A DNA stretch of 55,039 bases, filler included, from Squatina squatina (taxonomy: Eukaryota): NCBI GenBank assembly GCA_031763465.1. It is 4 parts of 4 records of this genome, joined end to end, with 100 filler letters (N's around TTAATTAATTAA, not from the genome) between each part and the next. Parts side by side here need not be neighbours in the genome. Positions count along the whole stretch, not along the records: positions 26,146 to 42,501 come from JARFOE010000176.1; positions 42,602 to 55,039 come from JARFOE010000004.1; 2 more parts are not named here. One strand, 5' to 3'. Made by a program: the position numbers and the translations under genes. Below the pieces are notes generated by a model. The model ran no database searches and was not told the DNA's origin. It saw nothing but the letters and a program-made list of their open reading frames with translations. Below, piece after piece: positions 37,025 through 48,885 of the stretch (its first letter is position 1; the number at the start of each line of letters is the position of its first letter).

Positions 37025-37120
37025 TACCATGTGTGTGGTACTGAGCCATACAGACCAGAGGGTACCATGTTCCGTCCCAGGTAGTGTTGAGTTAGCCCAG
37101 CTAAGCAGAGGAGCACTGCA
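37025..37120 (+). mobile_element. AmnSINE2-like SINE 5' fragment
   Basis: gtgtggtactgagccatacagaccag...gtgttgagttagc; related to the copy at 12060-12325. Confidence 0.5.
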
Positions 37121-37275
37121 GGTCAGCTGGCTTTTGTGGGGTGGGTGATGGAGGGGCGAGAATTAATAAGCTAGGNNNNNNNNNNNNNNNNNNNNNNNNN
37201 NNNNNNNNNNNNNNNNNNNNNNNNNNNNNNNNNNNNNNNNNNNNNNNNNNNNNNNNNNNNNNNNNNNNNNNNNNN

Positions 37276-38537
37276 ATTAGGCAGAGTCAATGTGTTCTTA
37301 TGAAAGGAAAATCATGTTTGACAAATTTGTTCATTTTTTTGATGATGTAACCAGCAGGGTAGATAAAGGGGAACCAATGGCTGTAGTATATTTGGATTTC
37401 CAAAAGGCATTTGATAAGGTACCACATAAAAGGCTGCTAGGCAAGATAAGGGTGCATGGGGGTGGAGGTAATATATTAGCATGGTTGAAGGATTGGTTAA
37501 TGGACAGAAAACAGTACAGATAAACGAGTCATTTTCAAGTTGGTAGCCTGTAACTAGTGGGGTGCCACAAGGATCAGTGTTTGGGTCTGGATGAAGGGAC
37601 CGAGTACATTGTATCCAAGTTTGCTGATGATACAAAGTAGGTGGGAAAGTAAGCCATGAGGAGGACACAAAGAACCTAGGAAAGGGATTATAGACAGGTT
37701 AAGTGAGTGGGCAATAAGGTGGCAAAAGGAGTATAATGTGGGGAAATGCGAACTTATTCACTTTGGTAGGAATAATAGAAAAGCAGAATATTTTTTAAAA
37801 GGCGAGAAACTATTAAATGTTGGTGTTGAGAGAAATTTAGGTGTCCTCATACAGGAAATACAGTTAGCATGCAGGTACAACAAGCTATTAGAAAAGCAAA
37901 TGGTATGTTGGCCTTTTTTACAAGCGGGTTGGAGTACAAGAGTAGGGACATCTTGCTTCAATTGTACAGGGCTTTGGTGAGACCACACCTGGAGTACTGT
38001 GCAAAGTTTTGGTCTCCTTATCTGAGGAAGGATATACTTGCCTTTAGAGGCGGTGTAGTGAAGGTTCACTGGATTGATTCCTGGAATGAGAGGGTTGTCC
38101 TCTGAGGAGAGATTGAGTAGATTGGGCCTATACACTGGAGTTTAGAAGAATGAATGGTGATCTCATTGAAACATACAAGATTCTGAGGGCGAATGATGGG
38201 ATAGATGCTGAGAGGTTGCTCCCCTTGGTTAGGAGAGTCTAGAACTGGGGAGCATAATTTCCGGATAAGGGTGTTGGCCTTTTTAAGACTGAGATGAGGA
38301 AGAACTTTTTCACTCAGAGGGTTGTGAATCTTTGGAATTCTCTACCCCAAAGGGCTGTGGATGCTGAGTCATTGAGTAGATTCAAGGTTGAGATGGATAG
38401 ATTTTTGGACTCTGGGGGAATCAAGGGATATGGAGATCGAGTGGGAAATTACAGTTGAGGTTGAAGATCAGCCATGATTTTATTGAATGGCAGAGCAGGC
38501 TCGAGGGGCCTACTCCTGCTCCTAATTCTTATGTTCT
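37276..38537 (+). mobile_element. CR1 LINE, RT region through 3' UTR; frameshifted and non-functional
   Basis: KGKSCLTNL, VYLDFQKAFDKVPHKRLL, SGVPQGSV, KFADDTK, YRALVRPHLEYC; tail cctactcctgctcctaattcttatgttct. Confidence 0.95.
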
Positions 38538-38814
38538 AAATCTGGCTTCCGTACCCCAGCAGCAGACTTGTAAACCCTATGAGACTGTTGTACACCTTTC
38601 CTCACCCAGTGTCCACGCAACTGAATTTTCCATCAGAGTCACTGGATGCCAGTTAGCTGCAGGAATTTCAGTCTCTCCTTTCCCAAGGAACATGAGGCCA
38701 TCTTCCGTCACCTTTTTTCACATTTAGACTCCTAACATCTGGAATTACATTGATTGCTCACCTTGATTGGTTATATATTTGGAAATGGTTTGCAAATAGG
38801 GCACAGATACTACT

Positions 38815-38938
38815 TTGACAAAGGGTCATCGACCTGAAACTCTGTTTCTCTCTCCACAGATGCTGTCTAACCTGCTGAGTTTTTCTAGCATTCTCTGTTT
38901 ATTTTTCAGATTCCGGCATCTGCAGTATTTTGCTTTTG
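38815..38938 (+). mobile_element. Common shark short repeat (Penelope-like terminal segment)
   Basis: gaaac..ctgtttctctctccacagatgctg...cctgctgagt..ttctagcatt; reverse-complement copy at about 50575-50634. Confidence 0.6.
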
Positions 38939-39016
38939 CACAAATACTACTCTTGGGTTAACTTGGACAGTATTGTCACATTGAACTAAACACTTGTTCC
39001 ATAATCTGTGATGCAG

Positions 39017-39238
39017 TGCCCCTTTGGATAAAGCCAGTGATCCAAGCCAGCATATCCACCTGATCGAGCATGACCTCCACACTCCCGAGTGCCTAGCAAT
39101 AGATTGGGTTCACAAAAACATATACTGGACGGATTCTGGCACTAGGTCTATCTCCATGGCGACTGCAAATGGAACCAAAAGAAAGATCCNNNNNNAGCTC
39201 GAAAAGCCCAGAGCCATCGTGGTTGACCCAATACGTGG
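39017..39238 (+). CDS. LRP8: LRP8 YWTD beta-propeller exon (contains 6 N)
   Basis: [12 protein letters not shown]...[19 protein letters not shown]...[11 protein letters not shown]; DKASDP and DWVHK are LRP8-type; tgcAG and GTAAGT. Confidence 0.9.
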
Positions 39239-39335
39239 GTAAGTACTGATCAAGCCTCTTGCAGAATGCAGTGCTACTGATTTGGGTTGTGTCTTGCTAC
39301 CAGTCTCTCACATGCTTTTGGTGCTTTTTGATTAG

Positions 39336-39454
39336 GTTCATGTATTGGTCAGACTGGGGTGACCCGGCAAAGATCGAAAAAGCTGGGCTGAACGGGGTCA
39401 ATCGTCAGCCATTAGTCACGGACAACATTGAATGGCCAAATGGAATCACTTTAG
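39336..39454 (+). CDS. LRP8: LRP8 YWTD exon
   Basis: [39 protein letters not shown]; attAG and GTAGGT; 119 bp. Confidence 0.93.
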
Positions 39455-39854
39455 GTAGGTGATGTTACAGCAATGTATTAAATTTTAGTGAAATTGGTAT
39501 AGATTGGGGTGGGGAAGCAAAGCAGAACACGGCATATTTTTCTACTTTTTTATTTAAGGAATTTTCTTAATGTGAACACACAAATTGCGGTGAATACAAA
39601 ATATATCTGCCACGAAGAGCTCATACTTATTTGAATAACACAGCTACAGACCTCCATTAGTCAGGGAGAACTGTATACATAGCATACAGGGTAAGGGGCT
39701 GTTCACAAGAATATTAGCATTTTAAAGAGCTGGAACAGGTCAGTTGGCTGAAGAAGCCACTCATTTTCTGCCAATCTGCCCTTTAACCATATCCCTCAAT
39801 CCCTTCTATCTGCAGCAAAGGAATAAAATTGTCTCTTGAGTCCATTTGCATTAG

Positions 39855-39940
39855 GGTTAGGCCACAGGAGTCGGCCATTCAGCCCCTTGACTCTGCTCTG
39901 CCATTCAATGAGATCATGGCTGATCTGCAACCTAACTCCA
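39855..39940 (-). mobile_element. CR1 LINE 3' tail, cut by gap
   Basis: ggccattcagccccttga..ctgctctgccattcaatgagatcatggctgatct. Confidence 0.8.
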
Positions 39941-41645
39941 NNNNNNNNNNNNNNNNNNNNNNNNNNNNNNNNNNNNNNNNNNNNNNNNNNNNNNNNNNNN
40001 NNNNNNNNNNNNNNNNNNNNNNNNNNNNNNNNNNNNNNNNNNNNNNNNNNNNNNNNNNNNNNNNNNNNNNNNNNNNNNNNNNNNNNNNNNNNNNNNNNNN
40101 NNNNNNNNNNNNNNNNNNNNNNNNNNNNNNNNNNNNNNNNNNNNNNNNNNNNNNNNNNNNNNNNNNNNNNNNNNNNNNNNNNNNNNNNNNNNNNNNNNNN
40201 NNNNNNNNNNNNNNNNNNNNNNNNNNNNNNNNNNNNNNNNNNNNNNNNNNNNNNNNNNNNNNNNNNNNNNNNNNNNNNNNNNNNNNNNNNNNNNNNNNNN
40301 NNNNNNNNNNNNNNNNNNNNNNNNNNNNNNNNNNNNNNNNNNNNNNNNNNNNNNNNNNNNNNNNNNNNNNNNNNNNNNNNNNNNNNNNNNNNNNNNNNNN
40401 NNNNNNNNNNNNNNNNNNNNNNNNNNNNNNNNNNNNNNNNNNNNNNNNNNNNNNNNNNNNNNNNNNNNNNNNNNNNNNNNNNNNNNNNNNNNNNNNNNNN
40501 NNNNNNNNNNNNNNNNNNNNNNNNNNNNNNNNNNNNNNNNNNNNNNNNNNNNNNNNNNNNNNNNNNNNNNNNNNNNNNNNNNNNNNNNNNNNNNNNNNNN
40601 NNNNNNNNNNNNNNNNNNNNNNNNNNNNNNTTCTTTGTATGTTGTCATTTTCTGCGAGATCACAGTGAGCTTAAGGTACATTCACATTCTAAGCAGTTCT
40701 TCTGCAACTGGGGTAGGTAAGACCTTATCCCACTGGAGATGAGGCATGGCGCTTACCTAGGTCCAGACTTTGTTTTCTCTGCCCATTACCCCCTCCCCTG
40801 AAGCACTGACTCATTTCTGGGGTAATTGATGACCACTCTCCAATATCTTGTCCAAATGAGAGCATCACATTCTAACCCAAGCCTGTCCTCCTTCAGCGTC
40901 TACATGGGTGCACCTTCCAGTAAGTGATACTTGAACAGCAATGAGAAACAGGAACCCTGGCTTTCCCTATTTCCTTCCTTGCTCCCTATCCCCAAACCAA
41001 GGGCACTTTCTAGTACCCCAATGTGTTCCTTTTCTCTTTGTATGCTGTAGCCTCGGAGAACTCCATTATAGAGTAGAATTGGGTGTATTGATTCCAAATC
41101 GCGCGCAGGAGTGGTTCTGCAACCACCTCCCACGCACTGTTTATTACTTGTAAAATTTAAATCAAATTTATTTTTGCACCACTGTTTTTTGATGTAACAA
41201 CCATGTTTTTTTTTTCTGTTGCTTTTGCCTGAATATGAAATAGCAACACTTCATAAATATGACGGGCACAGACCAGGTTATAATTTAAACCTCTGACACT
41301 GTGGCCAAACGCAGTATTTGAGCTGCGCTCGAAACCTAGTGAGTGAGAGCTGAACACCGTGTGAGTGCCAGCCACAAGTACACTGAACTTGGCCTGTGCC
41401 TGTCAGATCCATGAGGTGTAGGCCGTCAACACTAAAGAGAAAGTAACAACCAAGACATTCCAGCACCATAATGCCGGTGTTTTCAGTTTGACAAGCGAGC
41501 AGTGAGGGGGAGCAGATTGCAAGTACAGCAGTATATGAGCAATCTTAACAAAACCTCAATATTCAAACACATTTGATGTTCTCCCTCACAACCATTTCTG
41601 TTAACTGCTTACATTGTATATCATTATTTTATTTTGCTGTTATAG

Positions 41646-41787
41646 GACAAGATTTACTGGACTGACAGTGAGCATGACACTATTTACTGTGCAAATAGAC
41701 TGACTGGGAGAGATGTGATGTCACTTGCAAGTAATCTGAACAGTGTACACGATATTGTCATTCTCCATGAACTAAAACAACCCAAAG
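41646..41787 (+). CDS. LRP8: LRP8 exon, last propeller blade
   Basis: DKIYWTDSEHDTIYCANRLTGRDVMSLASNLNSVHDIVILHELKQPK; tatAG and GTAACT; 142 bp; absent from the ORF track. Confidence 0.92.
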
Positions 41788-41910
41788 GTAACTCCCGTCC
41801 GGATCTGCTTACAGTCTAAATCCTGAAACTTGTACTTAATTATTGAGCCTTTTTTTTTCCTGCATTTGTCCAGATTTTAAGCCTGAAAGGGTTTTTTTTT
41901 CTGTAAATAG

Positions 41911-42063
41911 TTGTAAACTTTTGTGCGCATGGTATTACACCAAACGGAGGCTGCCAGTACCTGTGCTTACCTGCTCCCCAAATCGGCACCCACTCTCCAA
42001 GATACACATGTGTTTGCCCTGACAACATGGAGCTTAGTTACGATATGAGAAGGTGTTACAGAG
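41911..42063 (+). CDS. LRP8: LRP8 EGF-C exon
   Basis: [51 protein letters not shown]; aatAG and GTACGT; 153 bp, phase 1-1. Confidence 0.92.
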
Positions 42064-42329
42064 GTACGTGTATCCTTTCCGCTTATGAATTTTTAATGGT
42101 TCAGAGAATTTCTCAGCTCATCAAAGACAGAATTTCTTCACATGCTGTGGCTCTTTTCTCTAGAAGACTGAAGGGCAGTGTTCCCTGTAATTGTTTTGGG
42201 CGTTTCACAGCCTCCTTTAAGGGCCATTCAAAATAGTGCGCATGCATGGTTTGTACGTGGAAAAGTCAGCTGTGCAGGATCCCTGAAGCACTATGCGGCT
42301 TAAAGGTAACATTGCTGAGGGGTGACCTA

Positions 42330-42501
42330 AATCTTTAAGGTTGTGCAAGAGTTTGATAGGGTAGACATAGAGAAGATGTTTCTACTTGCGTGTGAGATCA
42401 AATTAGAGACCATAAATATAAGATAGTCACTAATAAATCCAATTTGAAATTCAGGCAAAACTTCTTGACCCAGAGACTGGTTAGAATGTGGAACTTGTTA
42501 T
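42330..42501 (+). mobile_element. CR1 LINE 3' fragment
   Basis: tttgatagggtagacatagagaagatgttt ... aatatAAGATAGTCACTAATAAATCC ... ggttagaatgtggaact. Confidence 0.75.
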
Positions 42502-42601
42502 NNNNNNNNNNNNNNNNNNNNNNNNNNNNNNNNNNNNNNNNNNNNTTAATTAATTAANNNNNNNNNNNNNNNNNNNNNNNNNNNNNNNNNNNNNNNNNNN
42601 N
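42502..42601. other. Artificial scaffold linker
   Basis: N run with TTAATTAATTAA at 42546-42557. Confidence 0.97.
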
Positions 42602-42675
42602 AGGGTGTGAATACAATTTCCAGAGGCCCCCAGTCAGCCTGCACAACACAAATGTTGCAATCCAGATTAACTCAC

Positions 42676-42802
42676 CCAGTTTACTGTTTCCATCCTGCTG
42701 ATAATCTGGGAACTGTCCCTCGGATGGAACGCTGACTGTACGTCGCAGCATTCGTCCTTTTGAGGATTCCATCTGCTGGTCCTGCAACATGTCGACATGC
42801 AC
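42676..42802 (-). CDS. RASAL2: RASAL2 (nGAP)-like N-terminal internal exon
   Basis: VHVDMLQDQQMESSKGRMLRRTVSVPSEGQFPDYQQDGNSKL matches recalled RASAL2 KGRCLRRTVSVPSEGQFPEYPPEGATKL; atgcAG and GTGAGT; 127 bp. Confidence 0.82.
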
Positions 42803-43271
42803 CTGCATGAAAATGAGAATAGGTAACAACTCCATCAATATCAAGCAAAGTTTAACGTCAGCACTATGACTATTAGAAACTTGAGGCACTCTTTTCTATG
42901 TATTGAAACAGCCAGACACGAGAGAAAAACCAGCATTTTAACTGCTACAACCTAATTTGCAAGAACTCTCAAGAATTGACCTCCCACACAAATGGGCCCA
43001 AGCATGTGTAACCAGTGTGGTTTACGTTCAAATCCTGCAGACCTGAAAATGGAGGGCTCAGACCCATGGTGTCCCTTCTACAAAGCAGAGCAATTAACTG
43101 CTTCACTTTTCACATTATACCGGTACTTCGGGGAGAAAAGGGGCAGAATAAAACCCATTTGGCTTCTAAATTATGCCATTGTCCAGAATTTGGGCTGTGA
43201 CGAACAGGCTTCAGATCCCAGAGTTGGGTCAGCTTTCAGACCAGCCAGGAAGTGGTCGTCTTAACTGAGGA

Positions 43272-45077
43272 GATGGAAAGCAAGTTGCTCTCACTGCCAT
43301 TTACCTAGTGAATGGTGAGGTAAAGTTTGGAGACAGCAGTGTCATTGGATCGTTTGAACATGTCAATGGTCTTCATTGGGGTTCTGTTTGTTGTACAGGG
43401 GCTCTGGCATTACTTGCTGTTCAGCATAAAAAACATGTAACTGTATGGCAGTTACAAAACAGTACATTAGAACACAACAAACTTTTGGTTTCCCAAACTT
43501 GTGAACTGGGAGAGATTTTTCCTATATTGCAACAAGGCTGTGTGTGGCATCCAAAACATGATGCTTTAGTGGTACTAACAAAGAGAGATGCCTCAGTGTT
43601 GTTTGCAGTGCAGATTGACAATCGTAGAGTTAAAGCAGATATCAAAGGTAGTGGTTTGATTCACTGTGCCTGTTGGACTGCAGATGGGAATCGTTTAGTG
43701 ATTGCTGTAGGCAGTGCCCTTCATTCTTACATTTGGAATAATACTCAAAAGACACTTCATGCATGCAATTTCTGCCCTATGTTTGATGTCGGAGGATGCA
43801 TCTGTGCAATAGAGGCTTGTTTGGATTTGCAAGTGGTTGTGACAACTGAATTACCCCTTGATAAAATCTGTGGTCTCAATGCTGGTATTGCCTTTGATGT
43901 TACACCGACGTCAGAGTCTGGATCTTTGATCTCACGACCCACAATGCTGGCTGTTGATGAAAACCGTTACATGGATACAAGAAGAAAATCAATAGATTCT
44001 TCAAGGTCTTTGGCAGAAGACCCAATGCTTTCATCATCTGGTCCTTTAGATCTGACGCATCTTCTGGCAAATCATCGAAAATCTGATCCCAATCCCCTTA
44101 TTCACCTGAAGCACAGGGATTGCCTTACTGGAAGTGGTCACGACTCTTCACATCTGATTCTAGTAACTTTTGAGAGAAAGGTGACAAAAACTAGAAAAGT
44201 AAGCATCCCTGGAATTCTGGTCCCTGATATCGTATGTTTTGACCCTCATCGATGTACAATTGCTGTATCATCCAACACTTGTAACATGATATTGGTATAT
44301 TCAGTGACCCCTTCAAGTATGCCCAACATTCAGCAAATTCAGTTGCAAAAAAATGAACGGCCAAAGGGCTTGTGTTTTCTAACTGAAAAACTATTATTGC
44401 TTTTAGTTGGGAGGCAAAAAACAAATGATCTGGCTTTTCTCCCATCTTCAAATTCAGATCGTTATTTCATCAGACTTGTGACTAAAAAGCTATTGTTAGA
44501 TGATGCTTCTGTATTATCGGAGACTCATCAATTTGGGCAGCCTGGTATTAACATCTCTGGAATGAAGAAATATTTTGAAAATCTGTCCAAGGAAGAGCCA
44601 GTTACAGGAAAAGAACTATTATTGCCAGGGAATGGCACAATTCAATTTCCAAACAGTCGACAGGGATTAATAGAAGAAGTAAAGAATGGTAGTAGTGAGC
44701 AGAGCTCAGAAGCAAGCACTCCAAAGCTAACAGAAGGACTCTCGCCCTTTGAGTCTTCAGTGATTTTGAGGAGTTATGGTGCAGAACCTGTAAATAGCTC
44801 CATAACTATGCATGGACCTGGGACACCAAATAGGGATTTAATGAGCCCAATCTTGTTTAGGGGAGACCAAAATACACAGTCACATGCCGGTTCTTTACTG
44901 AATAGTGACAATGCAAATGACAAAATTGAACAATTGTCTAGAAAAATGGAAAGATTATTTGATGGTTTCTCCGAGATGAAGCAGCTCCTTTCTCAAATAT
45001 CAGATTATACAAGAAATGGAAAGAAGTCTTCAATGGCCTATCCATCTGATCCTTCCTTTCTTTATGTCATCTGTCAG
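43272..45077 (+). CDS. WDCP: WD repeat and coiled-coil protein WDCP (C2orf44), large coding exon lacking its first ~28 codons
   Basis: DGKQVALT...GEVKFGDS.VIG.FE, LLAVQH.KHVTVWQL, QGCVWHPK, IHCACWT.DG.RLV.AVGS.LHSYIW, TELPLDKICGLNA; about 600 uninterrupted codons; donor CAG|GTAATT. Confidence 0.93.
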
Positions 45078-46369
45078 GTAATTTTTTTTTCTCTACAATA
45101 TTAACTATGTTGTCAAAAGGTAGATGTTTAGCTCATGCTCTTGGTTACAGAAGTCCAAATTCAGCTTTATTTGATTATGAACGTCATCTCTACTACATGA
45201 AGACTTCAAAATTTTAATCTTCACACTGTATTTTAAAGAAGCTAAACTTAATCCAACAACAGTTGAGACTGCACAAGGCTGCTGTATCATGTGATAAGCT
45301 ATAAAACGGTACTTATTAACAGTTGAAACTTGTTCTTTTAAAACACTTGTTTCATTGTTCTAATTATTTGGTTAGATACTGATTCATTATTTACAATTGG
45401 ATGTGTATAGATGTGAAAGACTCACCATTCAATTTTTATTTCATGATGGGGCTAATCAGATTGGCTCTAAATCATTTTAGCATGAAACAGCTGAAAATAA
45501 AACATTCAAGTGCTTTCAAAATTTAAAAAAAACTTCTGCATTGGAATTCCTATCTTTGGCAATAATGAGGACACAAAAGAGCAGGTATTCAAATTGTCAG
45601 GTGTAAACTCCTTTAGTCAGAGGCTTCCAACATGCTGCCTTGGACGATAGGCGGCCCCCATGCCCTAGTAATCCGGCCCTTGAAAGCCAGGCTTATCTTC
45701 CTCATTTTCTGGTTTGTACTGTTTTAATTTTGGGTGCCCCTTGATTTGGAAAGCACTGTTGCATATTGGCAGATAAATCCTCAATCAGATCAACATTTAT
45801 TATAAGCAACTTAAGATATATGCAAATAAGTGTGAATGCCGATTTAAACTTTGTATGTAGCCCCTGCCCCGTTGAACTATTTTCTCAATCCCTGCAGCTT
45901 CCCTCCTCTTGCTTTACTGTCATTCATCTCACCCTGAACCTCTACCCAGCCCTCTTCTCTCTTATTTTTCAAACCTCTATTTGTTTGTCTGTCTGTCTCA
46001 CTCACAGGTGTAAGCAATAGTTAGTAACTACCTTTTCTATCAGCAAAATAGGTGGAATGGGTGGGAACATGCCAGATGAAATTCAACGCAGAAAATTAAA
46101 AGGTGATACATTTTGGTTGGAAGAATGAGGAGAGGGTACAGAAAAGATTTTTTAGAATGGTTCCAGGTTCCGCTTACTCCCTGGCATTTTTTCAAGGAGC
46201 CCGCTCCCTTCCCGGCTTTTTAAAACATTTTTAACAAGCCCGCACCCGTAACGAAGCGAAGGTGTGCAGNNNNNNNNNNNNNNNNNNNNNNNNNNNNNNN
46301 NNNNNNNNNNNNNNNNNNNNNNNNNNNNNNNNNNNNNNNNNNNNNNNNNNNNNNNNNNNNNNNNNNNNN

Positions 46370-46580
46370 GATTTGGGATGCACTGCCTGATGGGGCGGTG
46401 GAAACAGATTCAATAGTAGCCTTCAAAAGGGACATGGATAAATACTTGAAGGAGAAAAAATTGCTGGGACATGGGGAAAGAGCAGGGGAGTGGGACTAAC
46501 TGGATTGCTCTTCGAAAGAACTGGTACAGACTCAGTGGGCCAAATGGCCTTCCTTCTGTGCCGTACTGTTCTGATTCTAA
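46370..46580 (+). mobile_element. CR1 LINE 3' end
   Basis: gcactgcctga..gggcggtggaaacagattcaatagtagccttcaaaaggga ... gggccaaatggcct..ttctgtg. Confidence 0.85.
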
Positions 46581-48764
46581 AACATATGAATTAAACAGTT
46601 AGCTTCAAAATTGGCATTAGCATGAAAACTTGACCTCTGACCCCTATCTGACTGTCTGTCTTCTCATCTCTTAATGTACTTTCTAAAGTTTATGGAATAT
46701 AAAAAAAAGCTACAACATGTGTATCAGATCATTCTCTGTCTCACATACACAAGCTCTTTTTTATTAAAAAAAAGCACTCAATGTACATTTTGCCTCAATT
46801 GTTTTTCAAAATTATTTGAGAAAAGCTACTCAATAGAAAGTGCTAGAAGTTCATGAAAAATGTCCCATCAGTACAGCTGACTTGAACGGTGCTGATATAG
46901 TCCGGAAAGTTAGGCACACTGGCTATTTTCAGACTACATAATCAAAATTCAACTCATGAAGTTAGAGCTCTGGCCAAAAATACCAAGCCCAAACCCAAGC
47001 ATTAAAAGACAATTCAGTGGATATATTTAATCTTTTTAATCTTTAGACCCTTATTTTGAATTTTGACATTTAAGTTACTGATTAAACAATGCATAAAAAT
47101 TTGAGAGAATTTTAAGCAATTTGTGGGAATTTGGTGGCCAGATTGCACGATAACAGTGGCAGATTTATGTAGGCAAATCCCGTTCTAAATCTGGACGTAG
47201 GAACTTTTCAATGTGGAAAAAGTTGACACAAAAATGTGACAACAGAAGTTATGTTGTGTAGATAGGAAATGCAAACATCAATATATTATGAACAGATAAT
47301 GCAGTGTGAATACATTTGTTATATCACACTACTTTGTTGAAGAAAACTCCATATTAATGCAAGATGCCTCCACATTGATCAATGTAGTAGTCACAAGCAT
47401 ATCAAGTATTGAAAAAAATGGCCTTTTAGCAGTAATAACATTTTTGATTTTAAATGTAACTCATTAGTGGTTTACAATATTTTAAAAATTATGCAGCGGT
47501 ACTGACATTTAATTGGATCCTGCTGGTTATTGACATAATTTGTAATTTTAGTTCTGGCATGAAACATTTGCATTTATATTAAGCCATTGTTCAATACGCA
47601 AACTCGCATCAGTGATACCAAGAACCTTTAACACCTGGGAACTGCCAGTTCTGCACAGTGTTGTCAACATAAATATTATTGAAGCTTGAATATCTGCTCT
47701 GAAGTGTTTTATGTTTAAGCATGCATTGTTATCGATGTTCCAAATGTAACATTGGGCTTTTCAAAGCATACTTCTACGGTGCTGTGTATTGACTTGTCTC
47801 TATGGTTTCCAGGATGATCAATCCTGCTGTCACTTGAGTATGTAAGAGTGTGCTCAGCATGCGCTTTTGCCCAAACAGTGATGGAAACTACCAAAACCTA
47901 GTCAATTTCCAACAAGTCCAAGAAGACAGGGATAGAAGCTTAGACAGTCTGTTTCTTTCATTCAGGGATTGATGGTTGGTGTAAGAATACCCAAAATTAA
48001 TTTACAAAATAGAATTTTTTTTTCCCATTCAGCTAGGATGGCTATGAATTAATCCATCTATAAATAAAATACCCCCACAATACCTTACTTGCAAATATTT
48101 TACCTTGGGTGTTAAAACTATCAATCTTCTTGAGGGACATATTTATTTTATTTTACTGTTTGATGTATTTATGTGCTCATTAAAATGATATGCTGGTGCG
48201 AGGAAATGGAATGCCCTTCCAATTTGGGACCAGTGTCCGCATCAGGCACACTCCAGTTAGATACATCATAAGTTGGATGGAGGATAAAGACCCCTTACTT
48301 TATAATCACAATATATCTTACATCCAGCCGAAAGACTTCCCCTACTGCTTGACATTTCCATTTACCACACCAACTGTCCTTCTGGTCTAGCTGAGTGAGA
48401 TTGCTATTTAACTGAGATTATGAGCAGCTGTATTTATAGATGTGCATCCACTAGGAACTAGATTGAAACAGTTGAAAATAATTTTGCTTAGGACCCCTAT
48501 GGGCATTGGAGAAAAAACTTTTATCAGTCTGGTCTGGATTCAACCTTAGGACTCTGTAGTCCAAGGACAGTATTCCAACCCATAGTATCATCTATGTGGC
48601 AAATGTGCACATTTTAATGAATTCTCATAAAACATGTGTAAATTGTAAGGTCATCCAAGATAGTTTATTAAATTACTATTGTCTAAATTCATTTAAATTG
48701 TTTGGTTGAAAAGAATTACATCTGTAACACATAACATTGCTTTGAATCTAAATTCTTTTTGAAG

Positions 48765-48885
48765 AAAAAGCTGCAAGAAAATATGGTTGTGGATGAAAAA
48801 CGAACCTTTATCCTTTGTGAAGGCAAGCTTCGTCTGAGTACAGTTCAAGAAGTTTTTAATCTCTTTGTTGTTGAAATGTTTTATG
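48765..48885 (+). CDS. WDCP: WDCP next coding exon
   Basis: [40 protein letters not shown] matches recalled [18 protein letters not shown]; phase-0 start fits the previous exon; donor GTAAGT. Confidence 0.9.

Noticed and set aside
39829-40720. Long ORFs of 249-294 aa
   Set aside because: Almost entirely X residues from the N gap; the same applies to other gap-spanning ORFs in the track.
39455-41645. Loss of one LRP8 propeller exon
   Set aside because: The 690-N gap at 39941-40630 can hold the missing exon.
36803-42063. Assignment of the lipoprotein-receptor exons to VLDLR or LDLR
   Set aside because: [42 protein letters not shown] and DM.RCYR all match recalled LRP8 better.
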